A DNA stretch of 64,000 bases from Xylographa opegraphella (taxonomy: Eukaryota): contig JALDZX010000026.1 in the NCBI GenBank assembly GCA_022813865.1, positions 62,001 to 126,000 of the forward strand. The letters are read 5' to 3'. Of this stretch, positions 25,744 through 37,741 are shown piece after piece. How positions within the stretch are numbered: the stretch's first letter is position 1; every line of letters begins with the position of its first letter. A model generated the notes under the pieces. The model had not been told where the DNA came from. It saw nothing but the letters and a program-made list of their open reading frames with translations, and ran no database searches. The position numbers and the translations under genes were made by a program.

Positions 25744-26344
25744 GATGGGTAAGAATAGTTGCACTGCATTTTCAATCATCTGATGGAACTGGGCGTCATT
25801 GAAACGCGAGAAAATATCGCGATTGGTAGAGCAGGAAATTAATATCCTTTCTGCTAAACAAACGGTCGCATATTTCTGGCCGAGGGTTACATAGGCGGGA
25901 GAAAAGCACACTGGCGGCCCCCTCCTGCACTTGGCACGGATTCTCTGTCACATCAGATCTCCTGGCATCGGCCTCAAGCGTGCCACTGGATCTCACTACC
26001 GACCACAAAGTAAAGAATTTCTTCTATTATCGCTACTATCAAGTGAGGTATACCAGAGTTTTGATATTATTGACAGTTCCTGGCACGTGGGTTTCACGAC
26101 CAGATCCGACATGGACTAAGATCTGCGACTCCATTCTCCGTGCATGCAGCGGTTCCTCCCCCATATCCACACTAAGAGCCTCGTGTATGACAGATCAAAT
26201 GTTCCTCCACTGGTCCAGTGTACCAGCAACGCTCGTTACTCCTTCCCGCATTCTGATATTACTATTATCTCTTATTGCCCCCGGTAACGCCGCAAGCCAG
26301 CTATGTACCCGTCATTTCCAAGTCCCATTCAATGATCAGCACCC

Positions 26345-27164
26345 TTAATTGAAAATGAAATCCTTCAACACTGGCGCCCCAGCGAACTCAGGATTGAGAA
26401 GCACGCAACTACCAGGAAGTATCAGTAGAGTGAAATAGGCTAGGTGAGTATGCTCACTTCATGAAGTATGCTATACCAGCCCTCCGCTTCTCTAAGAAAT
26501 CTGGACGAAACCTATCTATTCCAGGTATTAGCGTGTTGCACAGTTGGAACTGCAGTTCCTAGTCGGGCCTACATATCAAACTTTTCGGAGGCATTGGAGG
26601 CAACGCCGAGCCAGACTTCGGGAACGTCATGGCCAGTTCCGCTCGTAACGCTTCGAATTCTGAGTATCTATAGGAAGTTGAGCATGGACTCAATTAAGAT
26701 CATGATTCAATATTGCCAACCTCTTCCTTATTATCATAGAGCCACCCTTGAAGGCTGGTCAGTCATAAAACCATAATGGAGCGATAGATTGAATGTCATA
26801 TTGCTTGGAGGCTCCTTGACAAGATAGTAGGAAATAATGAAACAGCACGGACATCCAAAGTAAACACTTTACAGATCCAGACCACGTAGTCGCCCACTCC
26901 GGTAATGTTACCAGAGACAATAACGTAGTTGTCTATCGCCACCGACCTGGCCCAGAGCGGGCTCTTCTGGCCCTCAAGCTCTTCGGTATGATCCTCTAGC
27001 ACGATCGGAGGAGGTCTACCGGCTATGGATGCATTGCTGACCACAGAAGCATGTGAAAACTGACGGCGGTGCTGCCAGTAAGGTGGGATGATTGTCTCGG
27101 GGTGGGACTTTCCACCCGGACTGTCATGCACGAATGGTGGAGTCTGGAGTTCTGAAGGCTCCAT
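26345..27164 (-). CDS. PX-domain protein (Ypt35-like)
   Basis: Five small exons give YVVWICKV..LD/GGSMIIRKR/YSEF..LR..L...FP...LPPMPPK/..FLEKRR.G..YF/CVLLNPEF. Confidence 0.85.
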
Positions 27165-27845
27165 CCATGTACGAGATTCCTTCTGCGGACCACAACAGAG
27201 TTTCGATGGACGATATTGGGTGATGCCTTGGCGGCGCAGCGACGCCGGTTCAACGCCACTCTGCTCCGTACTCCACACACCCTTCGAATGCGGACTCGTA
27301 GGTGTGGAGTATACGAGGGCCGTTCCACATCGACCACGTACACGCTTGATGAGTGGTGTGTGCTTCCGAGACACGAGTTTCTATCTTTGTCCGAAGTCTG
27401 CAACTGTGCACCAAGGCTCGGTTAGTCGGAAGCAGCACCGGCCTCGGCCTGGCCCGAGCTTGAGCTTAACCCCTGCGTTCGTCACCCTTATCAACGCTAG
27501 CGACAATGCTTGCATGCAAATGGCTGGAAAGGCCTGGAGCCGAGGGCGGTTCTCCTTCAAGACCGTAAATGCTCCCTTTTCTTCCCTCTGTTCACCTTCC
27601 AATTCTCTTGTACGCTGCTTTCTAGTAATTTATTGTAATACACACTCGTTGTCATTCACACACTCGCTCAGTGGCCGTAATCACGTTACCTTCAACCCAG
27701 AAACACCCGGTAGTCCTACGCTTCTCTCTCTTTCAGCGTTCGACGAAGTCCCTTTCATAAGCCAAAAGCCTCTCGCCATCAGACTTCACTGTATATTACT
27801 CTTAATACAGGTCCTCAGTGAGAATTTGTCCTTCAATAAGCCAGA

Positions 27846-28577
27846 ATGCTTTCGCTCAGCACTATTGCCCTGGTTACCTTTGGACTAGCCAACTTTGGCT
27901 CTTCGCAGACAATCGACCCAAATTCAGTCAACATAACTGTCAGAGGTGGGTCAATTACCAACCAAAGCTGAGATTCCTGTACTAACATAGGAAAGAAACG
28001 TGGTGCACCAACCAGATGGCTTCCTGCCCGTTGATCTGCTTGCAGCTTCCTGGAACCAGCGGTACTCCAGAGGCCAATAACTGCTCAGCGGTGAGCAATC
28101 TGAATGCAATACCTTCTGCTATGCGGTCTACTAAATTCTGTGCAGACAGATCTCTCATACTCGTGTATATGCAGCAACGGCATGCAACCCAATGCTTCCG
28201 AATACTCGCAGACCATCCCATACTTTGAATGCACGACTTTCAATACTCAGTGTGTGAGTGCCTGCCCTCAAGGCGACGCTGCATGTGCCCAGAACTGCAA
28301 CACTGCTCATCCCTGTGGAGCTCAGTACCCAGTGCGCGTAAACTTGTCTACAGTAACGACATCCACAATGGCCGTGACAGCCACAGGGGCTGCTAGTACA
28401 GGTACTGGATTTGGTGCTGCCCAGTTTACAACTGGACTTGGAGGATCACCAGCCCCTTCGGCCACAGATAGCAGCACGAGCAGCTCCGTCCGTATGGCCA
28501 CTACCGGTTTTGGCCAAGAGCTTGGGTTCGCTGTTGCCGCTGCTGGATTTCTCACTGGCTTCGCTCTTATCCTATGA
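27846..28577 (+). CDS. Secreted Cys-rich, Ser/Thr-tailed, probably GPI-anchored protein
   Basis: Signal peptide, WC..Q..SCPLIC, CIC, TIPYFEC, CVSAC, a S/T-rich linker and a hydrophobic C-terminus. Two introns. Confidence 0.8.
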
Positions 28578-29130
28578 AAGGATTCCATCTACAGATCTTG
28601 CGCGGGAAAATTAATTTACTAGCCAGATCTTTACATGCGTCAACTGGTCCTTACCTGTAAATTTTTAGGTACTCCGCCCCTCTCTATCTACTCTTCGATG
28701 GCATATAATGGCGCCAGATTCCAACCATACTCGTGATTTCCTGCTCTAGCTGCATAGCGAGTCAAGCGATTTGAGCGGCTCGAGAAGTCTGATACATGAA
28801 ACAAGTCGTTATCGACATTTAACAACTAGAAGAAGAGTCACAGCTGGGGGACACAAGATCTTTGCTGAAGACCCATGAATGCTTGTTCAATGTTCTTAAT
28901 CCACCTGTGAGACTATCAAACCATCTCTACAAGCCACCGGACACAAGTACCCACATTCCGTCTCAGCATGTCCGCAGATATGCCCCCAATGCTTAACAGC
29001 AGCATCAGAAGATGATCCAAAATATCCACCCAAGTTCCCAATAGCCCCGCAGCGCCAGTACAGCATATGCTCAATCTCCACCCCAGTATCTCCACCACGC
29101 AACATCACCGCCCTTCCGCCCCCCTCGCCC

Positions 29131-29400
29131 TCACCCCATAATCCTCTCCGTCCGCGTCCTCCCCTCCCCCACCCTCACCACCCGCGCCTTCTCCCCCGGC
29201 AGCGGCCTCAGCTCGTCGCTCGGATCCGCACCCCCGGCACGGCTTTGGTTCTGCTGCCGCCCGGCCGCCGATGCCTCGGACGCGGCAGTGTTCTCCCGGC
29301 TCGCGTGCGCCAGCCGTGCGAGGCGCGCGAGTCGGCTGTCTTCGTACGCGGCGATGTCTTCCGCTGTGAGGGTGATGGCCGTGGGGGCGCGGCGGAGCAT
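29131..29400 (-). CDS. CDC26: Anaphase-promoting complex subunit Cdc26
   Basis: MLRRAPTAITLTAEDIAAYE N-terminus typical of Cdc26; 89 aa. Confidence 0.82.
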   Translation of the reverse strand: MLRRAPTAITLTAEDIAAYEDSRLARLARLAHASRENTAASEASAAGRQQNQSRAGGADPSDELRPLPGEKARVVRVGEGRTRTERIMG

Positions 29401-29720
29401 GGTTTGGAGAGGGGGGGTGGGCGGTGCGGGTGGGTGTGTTTTTCGAGGGATTAGGGTTGGGGTGGAGGAGTTTGGTGGAGATGGGTGGGATGGTGGAGGA
29501 GTTTGGTGGAGGTGGGTGAGGTGGTGGAGGTTTGGTTGTGGTTGTTCTCGTTATGTATTCCGTAGGGGACGTGGTTTGTCTGCTGTTGAAGGTGGAGGGA
29601 GGTTTTGCCGGCGTTTAACCGGGGTTAGGGAGCTTGGCAGGGATTAGAGTACCTCGAGTCCACAGCGATGCAAGAATAACATCGACCAGCTAGGTTGACC
29701 AATTTTTTTTCAAGACAGCT

Positions 29721-30951
29721 ATGAACAGGCTGCATGTTAACACTACATTTGGTAGGAGTAAGCCACTCGTAGCCTCTACCAAGCTTGTAGAAGCAGCTGT
29801 AGTGTCGTCTCGTCCATTCCACATCTCTGCTGTTCGTCCGGCTGGTGAAGAAAGCCCAGCAGGTGAACCCCCTTTTGCTTATGGAGAAAGCTCAGCAATT
29901 GACTTAATACAAAGCGAGACCACCATTCAGGAGTGTTCTACAGAATCAAGTCTACTCCCAGCAAGTGCAGAACCTCGCCCAGAGTGCCAGTCAAAATTCC
30001 AACACGACCTTCCGACCTCTCGTACTTGATCGCAACAAAGCGTCAGGTGGTGTATTCGATGCGCGACACTTAGCGTCACAGCCGGGGAGTGCTGAGAATG
30101 TTGTGCGACGTGCCTCGCCGACCTTTCGTGGCGGTCAAGCTTCCGGTTTCCGGGGCGGGCGAAGCGCTGGCGGCTTTCAAAGAGATAAGGGCAATCCGGA
30201 GGAACGACCGTCTGGACGTGGAACCGCGAGACGTGGCCGGGGAGATAGAAGGGCCCGAGGGAACGGGGAGCCTAGACGACGGGGGAGAGGTCAAGGTAGC
30301 GAAGGTGCTGGGGAGACCGATGGTGTCGAGGAGGACGATCCCGATGACTTCTACGGGGCAGATGAAGATCTTATGGATGGCTATGTAGAATGCGAGGAGG
30401 AATGGAATCCTTCGAACAAGCCACACTCGTTTCACGCCGTGGAAAAGGTTACACTTGTCGGAAAGGGGCCATCGTTAGCAGTGGGCGAATGGGGCATGAG
30501 CGAGATAGTGGAGGAAAAGCTGGAGCAAGTGACGCGTGACAGCCTGATCGACGAGGAAATACGACCGCAAGTTTTGGCCAAGAGACTGGTCAACGGGCGC
30601 TGGGTGCGGTTCCGGGACGACGAGGAGAGAGACTCTGTGGCCGGCCTGGCCAAGTCTAGGGCGGAGCAGAATGCAGTATTGAAGTCCGAGCGGAAGGGGG
30701 AGGTCGTCGAACCCTTCGACACCACATTTCAGACGCTGAGCCCGGAGCAGACGGAAGAGGTTACGAGGCAGTTGCTGATGGGGTCTTACGACAACAGCGG
30801 GCTTCCTCCAGCGATGAAGGATATTGCGATCCGGGTGAGGAAGAGTGGAGCTATTTCGCAGCAGCAGGAGGACTCGTTGGTCAAGAAGGTGAGAAGCATG
30901 TTGCCGGTGCAACGAGCTCCCCGTCCTGTTCGAGCACATTTGCCAGGCTAG
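29721..30951 (+). CDS. Hypothetical protein, probably mitochondrial (RG-rich plus acidic region)
   Basis: Presequence-like exon 1 (RPFHISAVR), probable intron ~29863-29914, then the long ORF to 30951. Confidence 0.55.
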
Positions 30952-31577
30952 GTGTCCGGAGCGATTACATAGTCTGGTACTTCAATATAAGTTGAAGACT
31001 TGCTATCTTTATATGATAATTGGGATTGATTGGACATTTTCGCCACGAGATGTCTTAGACCGTGGAAAGCGTCCACCGATCGTGAGCTGTGACGAGAGTT
31101 GGATTCATATGAACCATGTATTACCATTCAATACGATGGCATGTACCACGTTTCAGCACGAAGTTCAGCATCATCTGTAGGATAGTCACTCCAGAGCCCA
31201 AGATTCTGCTAAGCTAACACACCAGTCGGTTTATATTTGAAGCAACATCTTTGTGAAACAATGGAAAATCTGGTACCAAACCTATATCAGACAGTTCGCA
31301 CACAAATCCTAGCCTCCCATGCCACTGATGAAGTGGCCTGAAGTGCAACGAGCCATCTTGCCTTTTTCCCCCTGCGATAGCGCTCACACCACTCGTACAT
31401 CCAAATCACCAAGCTAAGGTAACATAGCCAAACCAGCCTTGTCAACCGCTGGAAACAGCGACTTCTGATGGACCATTTCAAGTGCTTCCACGAAGATCTT
31501 TCTTCCCTCGGCGTAGCTTTTCTATACCAATAATCGCCATTCTGCCAATCGGCACCGACACTCCCTTTGAATGTTCC

Positions 31578-33020
31578 ATGTTTATCATCATGACTTCCTT
31601 CTTCTTGGAATCATTGTCTACTGAATTGCTACTTATAATTCTGCAACAGATCAATTCGCCAGCAGATTTGTATAGGCTGATATCTGCGTCTCCGGTGTCT
31701 TACCAAGTTTTCACCGACCATAAGGTCTCGGTGCTTGCAGCTGTGGTTCAAAACGCGATTCCTCGTGAAGTTCTATCAGACGCTTTGGCAGCATGTGATG
31801 CTTCGGCAGTCCGGAAAGTCTCGTCTGGCTTGCCTCGTAATTCAGAAGAAGATCTGAATGCTTCTGCAACGAATTTAAGCTCGATTATCAGCAGGTTTGT
31901 GGATGACTACCAGCGGCGTGACTACGTTGATCCGAAGAGGCTGCGAGATCCGTCCCTTCTGACTTCGCTATGCCGATTATGGGCGACGGTCGATTTCTTC
32001 ATTTCTGGGTACAAAAATGAAGCTATGCGGCAGATTCATGAGCGACTTCTGAATAGTGGACACTCCCTACCAAGCTGCGATGAAAGATCAGAACAAATGC
32101 AAGAGCTATCCAAACCAGAGCTCTGTCGATTACAGAGAGCTTTCTTCCGGTACGAGATTTATCGAAAACTCTTCACATCGTTTTCGGAGCCATATGAAAG
32201 AGGTCCAGTATTGAGCGCTGACGCTCAAGCTCGCTTGTTTTTGTGCAAGTTCCCTGACTGGGAGCAAGAGGAGCTGGCTTGTGTCTTTGATTATCTTATG
32301 GTGCATGCGCAGGACTGTTTCGATAAGCTCGAGGACGACTTCGTCGAGACAGTCCACGAGGGAGCTAATTCTGCCAAAGATTTCGAGACTCTTGGAAAAG
32401 AGGAGTATATTGATACTGTACATATAAATATTGCACATTTCATGAAATGGCAGAAGAGTTACGACCACCGAGACCTCCTTCTATGGATTGTAGGCTTGGG
32501 TTTGCCATACTTGAAAAAAATTGACGAGCTCAATCAGGCAGGACGTTTGAATCTGATCGCTCCTTTTGCAGGTTCATTTCTGATCGTTCGCACGACGATC
32601 GACGTGGTCAAAGTCTTTCGTCAGAGCCCCAGAGCTGGAGGCGAACGATCAGAAACGCTATGGCCTGACGCAAATTCCCCATTCACCGAGTCGATTACAG
32701 GGTGGAATATGGGGTGGGTATGGGCCAGAGCGTCCGGGCCAGTTCACTACTACACTTATCGACCGCAGGATTGCACCATCGTTTCTATGGGCTATGTCTT
32801 CTGGGATGAGAGCCGACTTCGAGACATGGGGGTCCTCAATATCTCGCGCCATTCTTTGAAGGAAACACCACGCAGGAGTCGAAAGGATATGCCGAGCGTA
32901 GAAGAACGGCTCAAGGGGGTGCCAATATCGGAGTATCTCTTGGAGCATTTGGGCGACGAATACGAGGAGTTCAATGTGGAGGATGGTTGGAAGCCAGACT
33001 TGGAGGCATTCGAGTATTGA
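31578..33020 (+). CDS. Fungal-specific hypothetical protein with F-box-like N-terminus
   Basis: Intronless ORF with LESLSTELLLIILQQI..ADLYRLISASP, RLQRAFFRYEIY, WEQEELACV and GYVFWD..RL. Exact start uncertain. Confidence 0.65.
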   Translation: MFIIMTSFFLESLSTELLLIILQQINSPADLYRLISASPVSYQVFTDHKVSVLAAVVQNAIPREVLSDALAACDASAVRKVSSGLPRNSEEDLNASATNLSSIISRFVDDYQRRDYVDPKRLRDPSLLTSLCRLWATVDFFISGYKNEAMRQIHERLLNSGHSLPSCDERSEQMQELSKPELCRLQRAFFRYEIYRKLFTSFSEPYERGPVLSADAQARLFLCKFPDWEQEELACVFDYLMVHAQDCFDKLEDDFVETVHEGANSAKDFETLGKEEYIDTVHINIAHFMKWQKSYDHRDLLLWIVGLGLPYLKKIDELNQAGRLNLIAPFAGSFLIVRTTIDVVKVFRQSPRAGGERSETLWPDANSPFTESITGWNMGWVWARASGPVHYYTYRPQDCTIVSMGYVFWDESRLRDMGVLNISRHSLKETPRRSRKDMPSVEERLKGVPISEYLLEHLGDEYEEFNVEDGWKPDLEAFEY

Positions 33021-33807
33021 AAATGTTCTTTCTATCCTTTTCATCCAACGAAGTCACCAGAGGTTATCACACCGGGCTCAGTCAGAGTCGATCCGGTAGA
33101 CGCGTGGAGATAAGTGGTGGCTAGTCCAGCCAGGAGGGCCGAATTTGGTTGGTCAATGTAAGGCTGTCGAAAAGAAGGCGCATTCCCAGAGCTAAAGACG
33201 GTTATTATCAACCATTCCAACCATCTTACCTCGTCTGATACAGACTAAGGTCCAAAGTGTAACTCTTTCAGTCCGGCTTCGCGCCGATAGGTCTCCCATG
33301 TCTTCACAGCTTTCTAAGCCCTGACGTTTGACCAATCTTCTTCCCAATACGCTGACATATAAAGCGCTGGATCCATCGTTCTTTGTGGCTATAACCACAT
33401 ATGTTCGATTTTTTGATAGACCTTGCAAAGACCTAGGGGTTGCACTTGGGTTCTTGTAACCTATTATGCTTAGGGCTTGCGGATACGCCAGGGAAAGATG
33501 TGTCGACCAGAGTAGAAGGTATCGAGGCTACGAATATGGAGGTTTCGATGATAAGCAGTTCGATTGCTCAGCGAATTAGATCGAAGCCATAGAGCGTGAA
33601 CGGTGTCAAGAGATAAGCTTAGGTAGAATCCACCATTTGTAGCTTAGCAACAGCCCTTGTTATCGAAGTATTAGATTGCATGACATACATGCCCATCGTA
33701 CATGAACACACGTACATTGAAGATCTCTATTAGTATACAGATATGATACCCAGGAACCAAGTCCTTAACATCCCGAAACCGCAGTACGACACACTCACAC
33801 ACACCCA

Positions 33808-34788
33808 TCACCCCCTCTCCAGCACCCTCCTCGCCCCCTCCACCCTCCTCTTCACCTCTTCATTCCCCCTCTCCACCACCTTCTCCATCCGCTCCTTCGC
33901 CTTCTTCAGATCATCCGGCCGCACCGTACGTGCCAGCTCCATCGACCGCAGCACCTTCTGCTGCGCCCCCCTCGCCTGGCGGACCGCATGCCCGGCCGCC
34001 TCGCCCGCCTTGGACGCCGCCGCGAGCGTCTGCTGGCGGGACTCCTGCGTCGCGGGCGGCACGGGCACGAGCAGCTCGAGCGGCGACTGCGGGGCCGGGA
34101 CCGGATTGAGCGAGTACGGCGATGCGAGGATGGCGGACGTGATGGGCTTGACGTGCTGTGCAGGAGAAAAGAAAAGCGGAGCCGTTAGCCAATGGTTCCT
34201 GTAAGAGAAAAAAACGCGTCCGCTTTGCAACGGGGAAGATTCTTGAAGTGCGAGGTCTGTGTAGAAAGGACTTACGTCGGCCTCCCCAACCAGCACCACG
34301 ACGGTGCGGCCGCCCCGCGGAACCACCTGCGCCACGTCCGCCAGCTTGACGGTGTCCCGGCTCCCTTTTACGAGGCTGACGCGCAGCGCCTCGAGCATGT
34401 CGGGGTTGAAGCGCCCCCCGGGCTTCAGCTTGGCCAGGTCGTCGGTCAGCCGCTCGAGGGCGTGGTCGATGCCCGCGTCGAGGGCAGAGAAGTCGTACGG
34501 GTCGTTGTCGGCGGCTTCGGAGCGGGCGGCGGCCTTCTCGACCGTCCGCTTCGGTTCATCGCGCTGGCCCTTTTTGAGAAGGGGGGGTGTGGTGGAGAGG
34601 AGTCGAGGCGAGGGTGCGGTTTGGGGTGGTAGGCGATGGGATCGTCGGGGATTGGTCCGGGATTGGAGGTGGAGCTGGGCTTGGAAGATGCAAGTGCTTT
34701 TTGATAACGTGTCTCTAGCATATCGTACTGGTGGATGTGAAAGACCGGCAAGGCTTGAAGGCCATTGCTGGAAAGACTTAAGGAACAT
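33808..34788 (-). CDS. RRF1: Mitochondrial ribosome recycling factor
   Basis: Presequence, GGRFNPDMLE, LADVAQVVPRGGR, SLNP and VPVPPAT.ESR. Likely an in-frame intron at ~34159-34275. Confidence 0.8.
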   Translation of the reverse strand: MFLKSFQQWPSSLAGLSHPPVRYARDTLSKSTCIFQAQLHLQSRTNPRRSHRLPPQTAPSPRLLSTTPPLLKKGQRDEPKRTVEKAAARSEAADNDPYDFSALDAGIDHALERLTDDLAKLKPGGRFNPDMLEALRVSLVKGSRDTVKLADVAQVVPRGGRTVVVLVGEADVSPFYTDLALQESSPLQSGRVFFSYRNHWLTAPLFFSPAQHVKPITSAILASPYSLNPVPAPQSPLELLVPVPPATQESRQQTLAAASKAGEAAGHAVRQARGAQQKVLRSMELARTVRPDDLKKAKERMEKVVERGNEEVKRRVEGARRVLERG

Positions 34789-35160
34789 TGGGTGGCTGAA
34801 GTCGAAAATTGAAACTAGCGATTCGGCTCTACAGTATAATGTCCTTCATTCCGGGTCATTGGAACATAAAAAATTCTATGAATATCAAATATGCACGGGG
34901 CAAGTCTCTTCCAGTATGAGGATCCAAGTTCTTGCTCGTCTCATACTGAATCAAGTCTATCTAGATCATACACTACAACCGGAAACCCGCTATTTGATCT
35001 GCAATGATGTACATCTGCACCAATACTGGACCATCACGACCTCAGTATAGCAAATATGCTGGCTGGTCTGGTCAGGCAAACTTTTTGAGCATCTCAGAAG
35101 CATCCCAGAATAGCGCAGATCGTGGATATCGTAACTTTCCTACACGTTGATATTGCTCTC

Positions 35161-37278
35161 TTAACGTGTCGCCATCGCTTTCGTGACAATTCTCTTCAAG
35201 GCAAGCTCCTTCTTCTTCAAGTCGTCAGATCCAGAGTCCTCAATCTCGAGCTGGGCCATAGCATCACTAAGAGCCGATTCAATCTTCTCCTTTGTTCCAC
35301 GCTTCAATTTCAAAGACATTGTCGGATCAGAGACTATCTCCTCGACACGCGAAATGTAGGACTCGAGCTGCTGCCTGGCTTCAAACTTTTTGCTGAATGC
35401 GTCATCACTGGTCTTGAACTTTGCGGCATCTGTGATCGTTAGTGAAGAAGCATTGTTTGAGGTTTGGAAACACTTACCACTGATCATGTTCTCAATTTCT
35501 GTGGATGAGAGCTTGCCGACTGAATTGGAGATTGTAATGTTTGCACTTCGTCCAGAAGTCTTCTCAGTAGCTGTAACTTTAAGAATACCGTTGACATCAA
35601 CTTCAAAGACCACCTCCAAAACCGCGTCTCCAGCTTTCATAGGCGGAATGGGTGCCAGAGTAAACTCGCCAAGCGATGTGTTGTCTTCACAATTGACACG
35701 CTCACCCTGAAAGACCGGGAACTGGACGGTCTGCTGATTATCGGCAACAGTAGTAAAAGTTCGTTTCTTCAAAGTTGGAACAGTGTTGCCACGAGGTACC
35801 ACAGGTGCGAAGATATTTCCCTCCATGGCGACTCCAAGGGACAGAGGAACAACGTCCAGAAGCAGGAGATCTGCCGTATCTGCCGATGTCGCCTTTCCTG
35901 ACAGGATACCAGCCTGGACGGCCGCACCATAAGCGACCGCTTCGTCTGGGTTGATGCTTTTCTCAAGCTTTTTGCCATCAAAGAAATCACTCAATAGTTT
36001 CTGTATCCGGGGGATACGTGTAGAGCCTCCGACAAGCACAATCTCATCAACCTTGCTTTTATCAATATTCGCGTCCTTCAGGACTTGCTGCACTGGATCA
36101 ATGGTTCCATTGAATGCCTTCGCATTGAGATCTTCAAAACGAGCCCTAGTGATCTGGGCATTGAAGTCTTCCCCGTCAAACAAAGAGTCGATCTCAACAG
36201 TCGTCTGGGTTCCATTGGAGAGCGTACGCTTTGCACGCTCACAAGCGGTTCTGAGTCGCCTCAAAGCACGAGGATCGCCAGATATATCCTTCTTGTGTTT
36301 ACGTTGAAACTCCTTCTTGAAGTGCTCAAGAAGGTTGGTGTCGAAATCCTGACCACCAAGATGGGTATCACCAGCCGTGGCCTTCACAGTGAATACACCA
36401 CCTTGAATGTGGAGAAGAGATACATCGAAGGTTCCGCCACCTAGATCGTAGATGAGGACGTTCCGCTCCTTCTCCGACTTTCCGGACCCGAGACCGTACG
36501 CAATGGCGGCGGCAGTAGGCTCGTTAATGATACGGAGCACTTGCAAATCGGCAATAGCACCAGCGTCTTTGGTCGCTTGGCGTTGGTTGTCATTGAAGTA
36601 CGCTGGGACGGTGATTACTGCCTTCTTGACCTTCTTGCCCAATTTTGTTTCGGCCACTTCTTTCATCTATATAAGATATCAGTCTCGAGCAGGAACCCGA
36701 AGTCGGAAAAGACTGGCCTTCATGAGCACCATTGACGAGATTTCTTGCGGAGAGAAAGTCTTGGTTTCCTTCAGGTATTCAACTTGTACCATGGGGCTAC
36801 CCCCTTGGTCGACGACCTTGAATGGCCAGGACTCAATGTCTTTCTTCACCGTTGGGTCGTCGAATCTTCGACCGATGAGGCGTCTACGTGCGAATCAGCT
36901 TAGACCGTGCCATTCTTGTAGAAGAAACTTGGCACATACTTAATGTCGAAGATGGTATTTGTCGGGTTCATCGCAGCCTGGTTCTTGGCTGCCTCACCGA
37001 TCAATCGCTCCTCGTCGGTAAACGAGACAAAGGAAGGTGTTGTGAAGCTTCCTTGCTCATTGGCGACTAGACAGGATGGTCAACAATGATGCATGTTTTT
37101 CCTCACAACAACCACAAGTTCGCATACTGATCTCAACGTTTGTTCCTTCATAGTTGGCGACGCACGAGTAAGTGGTACCTGCAAATGACCGTCAATATAT
37201 ATTCCAGGTTGAGAAGTCCACAATGTGCAGCGTACCTAGATCGATGCCAATCGCCCCTTCGTACACTTCGTCCGCCAT
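35161..37278 (-). CDS. SSB1: Ribosome-associated Hsp70, Ssb type
   Basis: [33 protein letters not shown] and [11 protein letters not shown]-terminus VTKAMATR lacks EEVD. Confidence 0.96.
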
Positions 37279-37741
37279 GATGGCAAATGGGATCTTACAG
37301 AAGTAGCTTTTGGAATGTGGTATACCGACAATAACCAATGATTTGCCTTCGTGAAGAAAGAAGCAATGTGTCGCAGCGCGATTTATGGTCTTAAGTTTTC
37401 AAAATTTCGAGACTGAGAGCGTGAAGCGAGACCGGGACGGGAGCTAATGATGAAGTTGTACACTAGACTGCATCGAGCAGTCCTGTCACGATCGAATTGA
37501 GTGATTCATAACCTTTTGCAAAGAGACATGTTTTACAACCATCTATTTCAGTACATCGCAGACCACAGTAGTCTCGCATCCTACAAGCTTAACGTACAGC
37601 CACTCTGATTCGAGATGTAGACCAATTCGACCCTTGAAGAGAAGTAATGGTTCGTCGTGGTTCACACCAGCAGATACTCTCATAATGTTGAACCCATAGC
37701 ACAACTTCTTCAATCCTTTCATATGCCACATACGCGCATTG

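Noticed and set aside
29620..29630. Telomeric GGGTTAGGG
   Set aside because: A single unit within a promoter; no array.
37446..37505. Box C/D snoRNA (ATGATGA) upstream of SSB1
   Set aside because: No suitable D box (CTGA) or terminal stem.
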